A stretch of DNA of 46,581 nt from a virus (IMGVR_UViG_3300020045_005628:1-46581); one strand, 5' to 3'. Counted from the stretch's first letter, positions 35,249 to 45,760 are shown. Numbers and translations are program-made. The notes: generated by a model from the sequence alone, not told the origin.

Positions 35249-36390
35249 TATACTGAGCTTAATTCAATGTTAAATTCATCATCATCACTTGACAACTGAG
35301 TATCGAAAGTTTTATCAATCAATCGCTTTGCTTCTTTCTTTTCGTCAGTATATCGTTTTGCAACGGTATTCGCGTCTAAGACTTTTGTTTCAGCAACTAA
35401 TAATTCTCTTTCGGCTTGAATGGTTTCGCTTCTATTGCTTCTATTTCCTGAGTTATGCAGAAACATCTGCAAAGACATTAATTCAAATGTAGAACGAACA
35501 AAATTTGCCAGGTTATCAATATTGTTTTCAATATACAATTGGCTATCTAAAACAACCGATATGTTAAATCCAATTCCGTTTCCTGTTGTTTGATCTGACC
35601 ATTCGGTTGTTTCCGGTGCCGCTCCGATTCCGGTCGCTGTGTAGCAAACAAAACCATCATATAACAACGGATCAACTACGCCTTGATTTGATTTTATTGA
35701 TTGGCTTTCGATTGCGAAAATCCATCGGCCCTTACCGCTAAATTTATACTTCAAATCTTTAAGTTCGAAAAGTCCATTATTCGGCTTAAGAATTAATGTA
35801 TCAACCAAAACGCAAACATCTGACAATTCATTCAACACATACAAATTAACATCACTTGTAGTATTGGCCTGTAAAGATATTTGATTGATGGTAAAGCTTA
35901 AATAATCGCTACCTTTTGGCTCGAAAACCCATGCAGCGTAATCATTTGGCAAAGTAAAATCATATTTACCGACTTCGTAAATGAATTGATTATTTACCAA
36001 TCTTTTAGTTAAATTCAAATCAGCATAAACTTTGTCTTGTACTCTTGAAATAAAAGCTTTTAATGTTAAACTTTCAATGTTCGTTTGCATCCAAAAAGCT
36101 GTTTCAGTTACCGGATTATCAATATTACCAGCCTGTAAAGATTGGTAAATAACATCATCAACTTTTACTAAATCCGTTCTCTTTTTACTATCTGAATACT
36201 TTGAATAAATCTTGTCAACATCCCATTCAGCAATCGTAATATCGTAAAATGGAAGGAATGCCAGAAGATTGTTAACTGTTATTGATGGATGTGTTCCGCT
36301 ATTCAGGTTTAAACCTGAACTTGAAGCCTCATTTAATTCTGCATCCAAAACAACATCTGTTGAAAAATCTTCTGAAATCCCTAATATCAT
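35248..36390 (-). CDS. Putative head-completion/adaptor protein
   Basis: 380 aa after the capsid genes; contains a W....Y......V......YQSL.......P.....W small module. Confidence 0.45.
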   Translation of the reverse strand: MILGISEDFSTDVVLDAELNEASSSGLNLNSGTHPSITVNNLLAFLPFYDITIAEWDVDKIYSKYSDSKKRTDLVKVDDVIYQSLQAGNIDNPVTETAFWMQTNIESLTLKAFISRVQDKVYADLNLTKRLVNNQFIYEVGKYDFTLPNDYAAWVFEPKGSDYLSFTINQISLQANTTSDVNLYVLNELSDVCVLVDTLILKPNNGLFELKDLKYKFSGKGRWIFAIESQSIKSNQGVVDPLLYDGFVCYTATGIGAAPETTEWSDQTTGNGIGFNISVVLDSQLYIENNIDNLANFVRSTFELMSLQMFLHNSGNRSNRSETIQAERELLVAETKVLDANTVAKRYTDEKKEAKRLIDKTFDTQLSSDDDEFNIELSSV

Positions 36391-36408
36391 CTTACTTTAT
36401 TTTATTGA

Positions 36409-36828
36409 TTAAGCCCAAATACCGCTATTGCTTGAAATCAACCAAGCACTTGTTCCAGTTGCTCCGGTTCCTTCAATTTCAATAGTATCACCCTTTACAG
36501 ATGTTGCTTTTGTGTTTACAACCGCAGTATTAACCGTTCCAACTCTTACAACAACAGTTGCTGCCAAAGTAATAGTTCCCGCAATACCATCAGCAGCAAC
36601 CGGTGCAACTGTAATAATGTTGTTTCCTGCTGCACCTGAGTTTACAAATTTAAATTTGCATCCTTTTACCGTTGCCGGCAAAGTTATGGTTAAAGCATCT
36701 GTACCGATTAAAAACGTTTTACCGCTATCTGCAATCGTTAAGGCTCTGCTTGCTGTAATCGTTTCGATTACTCCTTTTCCTGCCTCTGCTACATTTCCCT
36801 GTGCATCGGCTACGTTATAATTGCTCAT
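36409..36828 (-). CDS. Putative capsid decoration/cement protein
   Basis: 139 aa Ala/Thr/Gly-rich (LT.ADSGK......ITLPA...G..F.F), directly after the capsid gene. Confidence 0.55.
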   Translation of the reverse strand: MSNYNVADAQGNVAEAGKGVIETITASRALTIADSGKTFLIGTDALTITLPATVKGCKFKFVNSGAAGNNIITVAPVAADGIAGTITLAATVVVRVGTVNTAVVNTKATSVKGDTIEIEGTGATGTSAWLISSNSGIWA

Positions 36829-36838
36829 ATCTTTTAGA

Positions 36839-37915
36839 TTAAGAAGTTAAACCTGAAATTTTCACGATATCATTTGCTCTTGTAGTCAAATCGCTGTTGT
36901 AACGATAAACTACATAAAAACGTTGCCAAATCGCCATTTCTTCAAAGTGGGTCATTTTCAAGTTAGAATCAACACCAACCGCAGTTAATGCAGTAGCTTC
37001 AGTTGCCTCAACATTTGTGTAAATGTTTGCTCTCATTCTTGTGAAAGGAATTTCAACATCTGAAACACTCCATTCTTTACCGGCAAATGAAGTTCCGGCA
37101 CGGAAATCATAAGGATAGTTTTCAAAAACTCCAATTGCACCATCGCGTACAAAGTATCCATTGAATACATTTGAACCAGGTGTAATATTTCCGCTTTCAT
37201 GGATTCTATCTAATGATAAGAAACCTAAAGCAGCTAAATTTTTAGAGTTTTCAGGGCCGTATTTAAGCATTTCTGCTTTTTGTACTGCTGTACCTCCGCG
37301 AGAAGTTACTAAAGCATATTGACCACCCAATTCATTAGAACGCATTAAAGATTCAAGATTGTAGAACATTGTTTCTTTTTGAGCTGCTTTGCTAACCTCT
37401 AAAGTGTCAGTTCCTGCATTAAAAGTAAACGTTCCGTCTCCTTGTGAAACTTGAACTGTGTAATCTAACACCTGTGTTTTTCTTGCTTCTAAAACAGTTG
37501 CAAGGATACCTTCAATTGTAATACCCATTTGGTATGCAATATTTTTCATCTTCTCAGAACGCGCCCAATCAGATTGAATTGTATTGTTTCCGTAGCTTGC
37601 TGGATAATGTCTGAAACCTGAAAACACGTCATAAGCGATAAACGCATATTCAGCAGTTTGTTCAAGATTTGCAGGAATAAACGCAAAACCAGGAGTAGTT
37701 AAAACAATTGGAGTTTGGTTAATCATAACCGGAATTTGTACATCTCTTAAAGAAGATGATTCCTCAAGCTTTTCTTTTGCTTCAGGTGAGATGTAGTCCG
37801 CGAATGGTGTTGAGTTCTTTACAAGGTCAACAATACCTAATTCCGCGAATCTTTTTTCGTTGGACGCGTTAACGTCCTGAAAATCAAGCCATTGTGTAGC
37901 ATCGATATACGCCAT
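36839..37915 (-). CDS. Major capsid protein (putative)
   Basis: 358 aa, follows the scaffold gene, own promoter at 37999-38006. Confidence 0.7.
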   Translation of the reverse strand: MAYIDATQWLDFQDVNASNEKRFAELGIVDLVKNSTPFADYISPEAKEKLEESSSLRDVQIPVMINQTPIVLTTPGFAFIPANLEQTAEYAFIAYDVFSGFRHYPASYGNNTIQSDWARSEKMKNIAYQMGITIEGILATVLEARKTQVLDYTVQVSQGDGTFTFNAGTDTLEVSKAAQKETMFYNLESLMRSNELGGQYALVTSRGGTAVQKAEMLKYGPENSKNLAALGFLSLDRIHESGNITPGSNVFNGYFVRDGAIGVFENYPYDFRAGTSFAGKEWSVSDVEIPFTRMRANIYTNVEATEATALTAVGVDSNLKMTHFEEMAIWQRFYVVYRYNSDLTTRANDIVKISGLTS

Positions 37916-38036
37916 TTGTGCTAAGTGTTTAATTAATAATTAGTTAATTACCAGAACAAAACGGTCTTTCGATTGCCAGTATGTGTATGTTTAAAGTACA
38001 AATATAATACTTTTTCGTTACAAAATACACACACAT

Positions 38037-38068
38037 AAAAAAAGCGATACCGTTTAAGTATCGCTTTT
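38037..38068. terminator. Intrinsic terminator after the scaffold gene
   Basis: AAAAGCGATAC...GTATCGCTTTT. Confidence 0.8.
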
Positions 38069-38089
38069 GAAACATTTTAATAGATTAAA

Positions 38090-38986
38090 TTACTTTGAAT
38101 CCATTATTTTTTTATTGTATTCTGCAAATTTAGCAGCGTAATCCGCATGTGTTGCAGGAATGTTTTCTTTTGCTAATTGTTCTCTAATTGCTTTTGCGCG
38201 CTCTTTAGTGTCTGTTTTAGCATTCTCAGGCACATCAAATGGCAATCCGTCAATCTTAACATCTTTACCCGCGCTATGCGCCCCTGTTCCGGTTTGCTGT
38301 CTTCCTTTTGACAATTCTTCAAGTTCTTTATCGGCTGCAACCAAATCGCTTAATTTAGTTTGCTTATGAACATTGTCTTTATCAATCGCCATTGCTACAC
38401 CGTCAACTAATTCGATAGTATGCTTTTCCAAAACCCTTTTTTCAAACGCATTCCATTTCGCATCTACTTCGAATTTATTTGCGGTATCCGGGAAATTAGG
38501 CTTAACCTTGTTGAATGCAACATTTAATTTTAATCCCTTAAGGCTTTCGGCTGCTTCGTCATACTTATCTGCTTTACCTTTGATTTCATCAAAATTGGCT
38601 AATGTTTTTTTAGCTTCATCTAAATCTGCTTTTGCTTTTTCAAGTTCTGCTTTCGTTGCATCATCGCCTTTGAAGTCTTTTAGCTTTTGAGCGTATTCCG
38701 TTTTTAAACGTTCAACTTCTCCGGCTTTTGATTCAATGCTTTTGTCCGCAATACGATTCATATAATCGCCCCATTTTTCACCGGCTTGACGTTCATCAGT
38801 AACGCCAAGTTTTGTTTGAGCGTATTTAGCAGCTCCGGAAAGAATGTTTTCAGCATTTGTATTGGCTATCCCGTCCCAATCTTTTTTCTTTGTGGCAATA
38901 TCGTTATCGTATAACGGTTTCAATACCGCTATTTGCTCCGGTGTAAAATTGTGCTCTTTTTGTAAATCTTCTGTTAGAAAGTCCAT
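38090..38986 (-). CDS. Capsid scaffolding protein (putative)
   Basis: Charged coiled coil with late GTG linker, located before the capsid gene. Confidence 0.7.
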   Translation of the reverse strand: MDFLTEDLQKEHNFTPEQIAVLKPLYDNDIATKKKDWDGIANTNAENILSGAAKYAQTKLGVTDERQAGEKWGDYMNRIADKSIESKAGEVERLKTEYAQKLKDFKGDDATKAELEKAKADLDEAKKTLANFDEIKGKADKYDEAAESLKGLKLNVAFNKVKPNFPDTANKFEVDAKWNAFEKRVLEKHTIELVDGVAMAIDKDNVHKQTKLSDLVAADKELEELSKGRQQTGTGAHSAGKDVKIDGLPFDVPENAKTDTKERAKAIREQLAKENIPATHADYAAKFAEYNKKIMDSK

Positions 38987-39006
38987 AATACTAGTCTTTT
39001 AGTTTG

Positions 39007-39378
39007 TTAAATTAAATCTTCTATTGATACTGAATTGCAAGCTGCTTCACATTTTTTTTTAGTGAATCTATTTTTCAATGCTTCCCAAACTTCATCTGAA
39101 TAAATCAAATTGAAATTATCGCCATGATACTTGATACTTATTTCGCCTGTTGAATTAACAAAGGCTAAACTTACGTATTCAATATCAATTAATAAATCAG
39201 ACGGTTTGTAAATAGCGTCTGGAACTATTGGAAGATTCAAAACCTCCATACTGTCACCATCATCACTTACTCTATTGTGCTCCCATGCTTTTTCGTTCTT
39301 TTGAGCGATTTCTTGATACTCTTTTTGCTTAATTTCTATTTCTTTGGCGTTTGCCAACGTTTTGATTTGTGCAATCAT
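39007..39378 (-). CDS. Hypothetical protein
   Basis: 123-aa ORF. Confidence 0.7.
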   Translation of the reverse strand: MIAQIKTLANAKEIEIKQKEYQEIAQKNEKAWEHNRVSDDGDSMEVLNLPIVPDAIYKPSDLLIDIEYVSLAFVNSTGEISIKYHGDNFNLIYSDEVWEALKNRFTKKKCEAACNSVSIEDLI

Positions 39379-39399
39379 AATTTAGATGTTTTGGATTAA

Positions 39400-39996
39400 T
39401 TATTTTGTTTCAGGTTTAAATTCTGCAATTCTTTTGTTTATTTCGGCTAAATCCCATCCGTTGTGGCCTTTTTTACCGTACAACTCAGTGTATTTTGCTC
39501 TTGCGTCATTAAGGGCTGCTTTATCATCATCAGATAATTCAACCTTTTCTGTTTTTGCTCCTGCATCAACATTTTTTACATCATTAACCTTGATGTTTTT
39601 TGTTCCTTCTTTATTGCCTGTCAAAGCATCTAATCTCGCTGTTAATTCAGCAATTTGTTTTTGCTCTGGCGTTTGTGGTTTTTCAATTCCATCAGGATTT
39701 AAAGCGGAATCAATTTCTTTTTGAATATCTGAGAAGTCAGCAACTTCTTCATAATATCCTGGTTCATCTTTCGCTTTTCCTTCAACTTTTGTAGATAAGT
39801 CTAAAACTTTTTCAACTGTTGCCTGAATGAATCCGTTTGCGCGAAGCATGCTTAAGAATCGTTTGTATTCTGCAGTATTGTATTCTAACTTTACAATGTG
39901 ATTTTCATTTGTACTTTCGCCTTGCGCATTGTACGTCATTGTTTTACCTCTGTACACTCTTAGGTGTACTGACAATCTTTCTTTTGATTTTGACAT
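39400..39996 (-). CDS. Head-module protein with C-terminal LEM/HeH-like motif
   Basis: ARAKYTELYGKKGHNGWDLAEINKRIAE helix-extension-helix pattern. Confidence 0.6.
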   Translation of the reverse strand: MSKSKERLSVHLRVYRGKTMTYNAQGESTNENHIVKLEYNTAEYKRFLSMLRANGFIQATVEKVLDLSTKVEGKAKDEPGYYEEVADFSDIQKEIDSALNPDGIEKPQTPEQKQIAELTARLDALTGNKEGTKNIKVNDVKNVDAGAKTEKVELSDDDKAALNDARAKYTELYGKKGHNGWDLAEINKRIAEFKPETK

Positions 39997-40007
39997 GATA
40001 TTTAATT

Positions 40008-40262
40008 TTAAATGTTTGATTCTACTTTGTTAATTAAATCTGATTTTAATACTGAACAAAAAATAGGTTGCAAAGGTTTATTAAATGTTGCAACGGCAAT
40101 CCAAAGTTTTTTCGTTTCAACAATTTCTTTTATTTATTCGTCTGACAATTCCCAACACGTAATTAAATCCCCTAATTCGTTTTTTAATCCAGGAAGCGGA
40201 AGGTATTCCGGTTGATCTTTTGCGTAAACTACATTTTGTTCTTGGAATTCAATTGGTTTCAT
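40008..40262 (-). pseudogene. Small phage gene interrupted by in-frame TAA at 40134-40136
   Basis: MKPIEFQEQNVVYAKDQPEYLPLP...CWELSDE*IKEIVETKKLWIAVATFNKPLQP; the frame continues protein-like after the stop. Confidence 0.7.
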
Positions 40263-40280
40263 ATTTGCTTAATTTTGATG

Positions 40281-42005
40281 TTACGTTGTTTTTGGTTCTG
40301 TTGGCGCTGGTTCAATAGGCTTCGGAACCTCAGCAACAATGATTTGTTTAATTAGGTTATTAATTAATAAAAGTTTTTCGCTTTCTTTAATATCCATCAT
40401 TTCATTCCAGAACGTTGTAATTTCTCCGTAATTCGCTTCAAACATTGTTATCCAATACATGAAACGTGTTTGATATTCGAATGTAACGTAATCAATTGTA
40501 TTTCGAGCAATGGCAACATCGAAATCTTTATCAGTAGCATAAGGCATCAATTTATAAAGAATAGAATCTTTTTGCGCTTTTTGCTTATTGAATTTATTTC
40601 TTGATTGGGCCAACCTTGCCAAAATCGTTCTTCTTTCTATTGCGTTTGGAGCAATAGCGCATTGATCGTATAAATCTTTGTCGGTTTCTAAAAAGAAATC
40701 AGACCCAAAAAACAAATCAACATGCACATTTTCTTTACCGTATTTCAATGCAAGCGTTTTGAATGCTGATAACGTAGAAATACGGGTTAATTCATAAGAA
40801 ACCCATCTTAGTTTATCTTGTTTGTTATCGTAGCTTTTACCTACTTGTAATTCGTTTACAGCCTGCGTTTGTTGCTCCTGATAATCTCCAACAATTGAGT
40901 TGATAATGTTTTGAGGAATTTCTTTTAGCCTTGTATTTAAATACTCCAACGCTTCAATTGGAATATAATGAAATTTGAAATAGTTTTGCACTATATCTGA
41001 ATCAATCTTTCCGTTTGCATCTTTATTAAAAGGAACTGATATTGTTGTTCCGGCTTGCAATTGGTTTTCTGAGCCATTAACAACACTCGTTACCGTTGCT
41101 TGTTGCTGAGAAATAGCATTTGAGGACATTGGTTCTTTCTCGCTCGTGCCTTTAATGTCTTGACCTGATTTATTTACAACATTACCTTTTAACTTTACAA
41201 CAACCGGAATAGCTCCGTTTGGCTCAGTCATTTTTTGCAACGTTTTAAGGAAAACATATTCCTCTAAATCAGGCTTTACATAGCTAAAAATAGATTTCTT
41301 TACAATATCATTGTCTTTTGAAAAGTTTTCGCTTGAAAGCCAATCGGCTGGACATTCGCCTAAATCGTGAGGTACTTCATTTATGATGTTATAGTCACGG
41401 TCTAAAAAAGCGTATTTTTCAGAATCCATGTAAACGAATCCATGAATAATCTTTTTGTCTTCTGTTTCTAATTCACCCAAATAAGCAATTCTTTTAATCA
41501 CCCCGCAATGGCTTTCAATAGCAACTACATAATCGATTGAAATGATTTCACGGTATGGCTTGTTTATGTCTTCCAAATCATGAACAACAACCGCATTGTG
41601 GTCAAATAGTATCGCATCAAAAAAAGCATTCTTAAAATATCCATCTTTTAATTCTTCAGGACATTCAACTTCTTTGTTTTTAATAGTGTATTTAAAAAAA
41701 CTATCCTCAGCATGAAAAACCCTTTTTAATTGTGGTTTTATTTCGTCATTGATGATTTTTGCAGAAGCAACCGGATATCTTAAGTATTTATAAAAAGACA
41801 TGAAATTATCTTGCCTAAATATCATTTTAACCCAATTTAAAAATCTATCGTTTCCAATATATTTTCTTTCGGCCCATTGTTTAAGATACTCGTAAGTAAG
41901 TTCTTGCTGTAGGCTTGATTCAGTAAAATAGCATATATCTTTTTGCTGGCGTTTCGCTGCATGAAGATGTTTCGAGTTCTTTTTTTCTTTAATAAAGTCT
42001 ATCAC
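40281..42005 (-). CDS. Portal protein (putative); likely GTG start at 42005
   Basis: ~574 aa directly after terL; promoter element at 42022-42029 favours the shorter start. Confidence 0.7.
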   Translation of the reverse strand: MIDFIKEKKNSKHLHAAKRQQKDICYFTESSLQQELTYEYLKQWAERKYIGNDRFLNWVKMIFRQDNFMSFYKYLRYPVASAKIINDEIKPQLKRVFHAEDSFFKYTIKNKEVECPEELKDGYFKNAFFDAILFDHNAVVVHDLEDINKPYREIISIDYVVAIESHCGVIKRIAYLGELETEDKKIIHGFVYMDSEKYAFLDRDYNIINEVPHDLGECPADWLSSENFSKDNDIVKKSIFSYVKPDLEEYVFLKTLQKMTEPNGAIPVVVKLKGNVVNKSGQDIKGTSEKEPMSSNAISQQQATVTSVVNGSENQLQAGTTISVPFNKDANGKIDSDIVQNYFKFHYIPIEALEYLNTRLKEIPQNIINSIVGDYQEQQTQAVNELQVGKSYDNKQDKLRWVSYELTRISTLSAFKTLALKYGKENVHVDLFFGSDFFLETDKDLYDQCAIAPNAIERRTILARLAQSRNKFNKQKAQKDSILYKLMPYATDKDFDVAIARNTIDYVTFEYQTRFMYWITMFEANYGEITTFWNEMMDIKESEKLLLINNLIKQIIVAEVPKPIEPAPTEPKTT

Positions 42006-42060
42006 GGCAAAATTGTTTGTACAAATATAATTATTTTTTCTTAATGTGTTGATTAAATGT

Positions 42061-43494
42061 TTACTCCCATTCTTCTTCTTCATCAAATTCATCTTCAATA
42101 AAGTTCAACATGTACATCATAGTTGCATCCCATTTATCCGGAGAACGGCCAATTCTTTCTTTTAAATCACTTTTCTTTTCCAAAGCAATCTTTCCTTCAT
42201 CATCTTCAGGTAGCTTATTTATAACCTCAAAATCAGCAATCATACTATCTCTGTAAGTTTGGTCTTCGCAATAAACTAATCCTTGCTTAACAAATTCAGC
42301 AAGCTTTAAACCGCATTGAGCTTTTAAGTTTTTATAACGAAACTTATCCTTACCTCTTGCGTTTGAATTATTGATAAACGGAACTGCGTATTGAAGCAAT
42401 CCTGATTTAGCTGATTGAGCCGTAAACTTTCTTAATCCATCGGCATCATAAATAACATTGCTGGCCGGAACTCGATATTGAACCCTTATTTCTTCAATCT
42501 TAGTTCCAATTAAAGTATCATCAATCTTTTCGATAACAATTACTTTTTCAATTACTAAACCGTCCCAAATATTAATAACAAATAAATCTGATCCGTTATA
42601 AGCAATATCCGCACTTAATCCACGTATTCCGGTTTTCTGTACATATCGATTAGTAAATAAATTCAATATGTCATCGTATTCGTGTAATATATTCGGATTA
42701 TCATCATACTCGAAATTACCGTAAATCTGTCTTTGCTTTGTTGATTCCGATATTTTATCATCGGCTAACATATCCCTTATCCATTCGGCAACAGCCGGAT
42801 TTGGATTGTCTTTTGGAAGTGCTAAAACAAACTTTCTATAAGCTGTTTCGCATAAGTTAACGAATGGTTTATAGAATCTTGAATAAACGTGATTTTTAGC
42901 AGGGTTAAAGCACTCAAATAACTTTCTTTTTAATCCGTGTTTTTCATTGTTTCTCCATCCGGTACGCTCGAATAATTTATCAATAACATCTTGCTGTGTT
43001 TCATTACTTTCATCAACAGCGCATTTAGTCAACTCAAAACCTCCGAACCTGGTATTTAATGGATCACTTGGTTTATAAGCCGTATCGATTAAAAATATAT
43101 CGCTTTTATTATTGAAAGTGATTTTGTTTAATTGCTGATTGTAGTTATAATCAATACTTTCTTTGATGCCGTAAAACGATAATTGTTTAAACAAGGTTAA
43201 TAAAGCAGTTCTTTTAAGCGTGGTTAACTCCTTTCTAGCCAACCCCCACGCAATGTCATCATAACAAAAACAATCGAATATAATTGCGGTTGCTTCTATT
43301 ACTGTTTTTCCGGACCTTGCAGAACCGCCGTAACCTACCGACGTTGTGGTATCATCGGAAAGCAATTGCAAAGTTCGTATTTGCTTATCGGTACAATAAA
43401 AATAATCCCCATTGGCATAGGCGCCTATAGGGATATGAGCGTACTCTTTTTTTTTGTAGAGTTCTAAATAAATTTCAAACTCATGTCTATTCAT
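42061..43494 (-). CDS. terL: Terminase large subunit
   Basis: YGGSARSGKT Walker A, AVDE Walker B, CFNP, SADIA..GSD nuclease motif, IGRSPD..DA. Confidence 0.93.
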   Translation of the reverse strand: MNRHEFEIYLELYKKKEYAHIPIGAYANGDYFYCTDKQIRTLQLLSDDTTTSVGYGGSARSGKTVIEATAIIFDCFCYDDIAWGLARKELTTLKRTALLTLFKQLSFYGIKESIDYNYNQQLNKITFNNKSDIFLIDTAYKPSDPLNTRFGGFELTKCAVDESNETQQDVIDKLFERTGWRNNEKHGLKRKLFECFNPAKNHVYSRFYKPFVNLCETAYRKFVLALPKDNPNPAVAEWIRDMLADDKISESTKQRQIYGNFEYDDNPNILHEYDDILNLFTNRYVQKTGIRGLSADIAYNGSDLFVINIWDGLVIEKVIVIEKIDDTLIGTKIEEIRVQYRVPASNVIYDADGLRKFTAQSAKSGLLQYAVPFINNSNARGKDKFRYKNLKAQCGLKLAEFVKQGLVYCEDQTYRDSMIADFEVINKLPEDDEGKIALEKKSDLKERIGRSPDKWDATMMYMLNFIEDEFDEEEEWE

Positions 43495-44089
43495 TTAGTT
43501 TTTTTATTGCTTTGGCTCGGTCGATTAATTCCTCTGTAGTTAATTCACTCAGATTTATAGTGACTTCTGATTTCTTTTGTTGATTATCTTTCTCATAGGC
43601 TCCGAAATGCTTCATGAACTTTTCAATAACATCAAGCTTGTTTAAAATCCTAACCTCCTTTGTTTCTCCAATAAGTTCTTTTTGACCGTCGATATTTAAA
43701 AAGTCTTGGTAAACTTTAACAGATGAAATCATTTCCCTGTGAGGCTTTGGAATATCGTGTATTGACTTCATTTTGCCGTTTTCATCGTACACCTCTGCAA
43801 TATCAAATTTAATCATATCAGCAAGGTATCCTAAAACATCATCAATCTTTACTTTGTTGCGTTCTCTTAGTTCTTTTTGTAACTCGGCTATTCGTAGGGA
43901 TACGTTAGGGACATTAAACACCTCATTTGCAGCAACTCTAACGCTGTTTGTATTCATTGCGTCAGCGTCATATGCTTGCCTGTAAGCTTCTGATTTGTTC
44001 CCAAACTCAATATAGGCTTGGCAGAACTTTTCTTGCTTCTCTGTTAGTGTATTTTCTTCAATTGCTTTTATTTTTTTTGGTCTTCCCAT
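43487..44089 (-). CDS. terS: Terminase small subunit
   Basis: LTEKQEKFCQAY....N.SEAYRQAY HTH; overlaps terL. Confidence 0.9.
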   Translation of the reverse strand: MGRPKKIKAIEENTLTEKQEKFCQAYIEFGNKSEAYRQAYDADAMNTNSVRVAANEVFNVPNVSLRIAELQKELRERNKVKIDDVLGYLADMIKFDIAEVYDENGKMKSIHDIPKPHREMISSVKVYQDFLNIDGQKELIGETKEVRILNKLDVIEKFMKHFGAYEKDNQQKKSEVTINLSELTTEELIDRAKAIKKLNE

Positions 44090-44136
44090 CTGTCTTTAGA
44101 TTTGAACCAAAGTTACGTATAATCCGTATAAAAAGC

Positions 44137-44165
44137 AAAAACCCGTAAAATTTGCGTTTACGGGT
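44137..44165 (-). terminator. Intrinsic terminator upstream of the terS promoter (TAACTTTG 44108-44115)
   Basis: ACCCGTAAA...TTTACGGGTTTTT. Confidence 0.75.
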
Positions 44166-44394
44166 CTTCTTCTGGTCTTGCGGTATTTCATTGCTACTAT
44201 GTTTTTAAAGGTTGTTTTATAGGTTGTAGTATTCTGAAACAACAAAAAATAAATACTACCCGACTTATATCTTCAATAAAAACACATTACTTTACCTTCT
44301 CTGTGTGTTCGTTAAAAAATGCTTAACTCTAAAAATGACTTCTCTCTATTGAAAACTTGTTAAGCGTAGTTTTTAGATTTCTGTGGTTGTTGCT

Positions 44395-44880
44395 TTATTT
44401 AGCTAAGCTTTTATTTATTATAAAACTTAACGTTCCTTTGGATGAAATAGAATATTTATCCATTATTTTTTTATAACTCATTCCTGCTTTATGGTCTGAT
44501 ATTATTGAATCATGATTATGCTTTGGATTGCTTGCTCTTAATATTCTTTTGCTTTTAGGGATATCCATTGCGTTGTCCGCATGTGTACCTATTAGGATAT
44601 TTTCAAATGAATTATCGGTATGTATTCCATTTTTATGCCTTACAACTATACCGTCAGCGAACATTGCTTTTTTATATTTTTGATAAGCTTGTAATCTGTG
44701 AATAAATACTTTTTTGGATTGTCCATTTACTAATCTTACCGAAAAATGGCCGTATTCTTTTTTTATTCCCTGAGTTTTTAATAGTACGCCTTTATGGCTT
44801 ATAGCATTCCCTTTTTCATCTATTCGATATCCTTTTTCAAAAGCAACTAATAATGCCTCTGTCAGTTTTGATTCTTTCAT
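44395..44880 (-). CDS. HNH endonuclease with C-terminal HTH
   Basis: HRL.A...VVRHKNG..TDN..ENI..GT..DN..D. Confidence 0.88.
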   Translation of the reverse strand: MKESKLTEALLVAFEKGYRIDEKGNAISHKGVLLKTQGIKKEYGHFSVRLVNGQSKKVFIHRLQAYQKYKKAMFADGIVVRHKNGIHTDNSFENILIGTHADNAMDIPKSKRILRASNPKHNHDSIISDHKAGMSYKKIMDKYSISSKGTLSFIINKSLAK

Positions 44881-44940
44881 TTTGGCTTTGGTTTTTGATT
44901 ATGTAAATATACGGAATTAAGCTTGTTTTACCAAGTAATG

Positions 44941-45042
44941 TTATGTAAAAAACAAAATAATCAATACTGTTTCAGCCATAAAACAAAGCGTTACAATAGT
45001 CCAAATAAATTTCAACGATAACTCTTTTGATTTCTTTTTCAT
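44941..45042 (-). CDS. 33-aa single-TM micro-protein
   Basis: MKKKSKELSLKFIWTIVTLCFMAETVLIILFFT; ATGA-coupled. Confidence 0.45.
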   Translation of the reverse strand: MKKKSKELSLKFIWTIVTLCFMAETVLIILFFT

Positions 45043-45113
45043 AATAATTGAATTGTGATTATAATTACTGCTAAAATGAATGATGCTAATAAAGCTTTAG
45101 TTGATACTGGCAT
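45039..45113 (-). CDS. 24-aa single-TM micro-protein
   Basis: MPVSTKALLASFILAVIIITIQLL. Confidence 0.4.
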   Translation of the reverse strand: MPVSTKALLASFILAVIIITIQLL

Positions 45114-45126
45114 ACTATAAATTTAT

Positions 45127-45294
45127 TTATTTTATAATTTTAAATCCTCCATAAATCAGAATTAAAGCGACTATGGTGATTGACAAATAATTGTTGTCAA
45201 TTGGAACGGCATCAGCGCAATGCGTATTGTTTGGTCGAGATTCACACCAACAAGCAGTAAATGGCTCTTGACATGGATTAGGAGGTTTTTTCAT
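45127..45294 (-). CDS. 55-aa Pro/Cys-rich protein with PID-CTERM-like anchor
   Basis: ...HCADAVPIDNNYLSITIVALILIYGGFKIIK. Confidence 0.6.
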   Translation of the reverse strand: MKKPPNPCQEPFTACWCESRPNNTHCADAVPIDNNYLSITIVALILIYGGFKIIK

Positions 45295-45319
45295 AATCTA
45301 CTTTATTTGTAATTCGTAT

Positions 45320-45532
45320 TTAGGTTAAATCCTGTCCTGCTTTTATAGCTTCCGGAATAGATGTAAATGTATTTACATGTATTTCTTGACCACCTCCGTA
45401 TGGTATTTCTTTTAATGAAATAACTTCATCTTCGATATGAACAAACCATCCGTGTTCTAAATATTTTGCTTTCTGAATTACTATCACATTATTTTGCATG
45501 TGCATGTAAAAAGTTTCCGTTTCAGATTCCAT
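45320..45532 (-). CDS. Hypothetical protein
   Basis: 70-aa ORF. Confidence 0.6.
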   Translation of the reverse strand: MESETETFYMHMQNNVIVIQKAKYLEHGWFVHIEDEVISLKEIPYGGGQEIHVNTFTSIPEAIKAGQDLT

Positions 45533-45582
45533 TTCATTTTTATTTAAGGGTTAGTTATTGCGTGATGTGTTTTCCATATTAC

Positions 45583-45741
45583 CTATCCTTTTAATTCGTT
45601 AATGATTATCCGCAATTCATTATACATTGGTTCTAATATTTTTTCTGATTCGGAAAATTTTATAGTTCCCCTTTCAACTAATATATTTAAAACATGTTCT
45701 GCTCCTTCTATTTTTAAAGACAATTTGTTTGCTAAATCCAT
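45583..45741 (-). CDS. 52-aa hypothetical protein
   Basis: Manual translation MDLANKLSLKIEGAEHVLN...; fills the gap. Confidence 0.45.
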   Translation of the reverse strand: MDLANKLSLKIEGAEHVLNILVERGTIKFSESEKILEPMYNELRIIINELKG

Positions 45742-45760
45742 AACGTTATTTTTTACTTGG

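Noticed and set aside
528-40262. Stop-codon reassignment suggested by two in-frame TAA codons
   Set aside because: TAA terminates most genes and large genes are intact under code 11; no suppressor tRNA is seen
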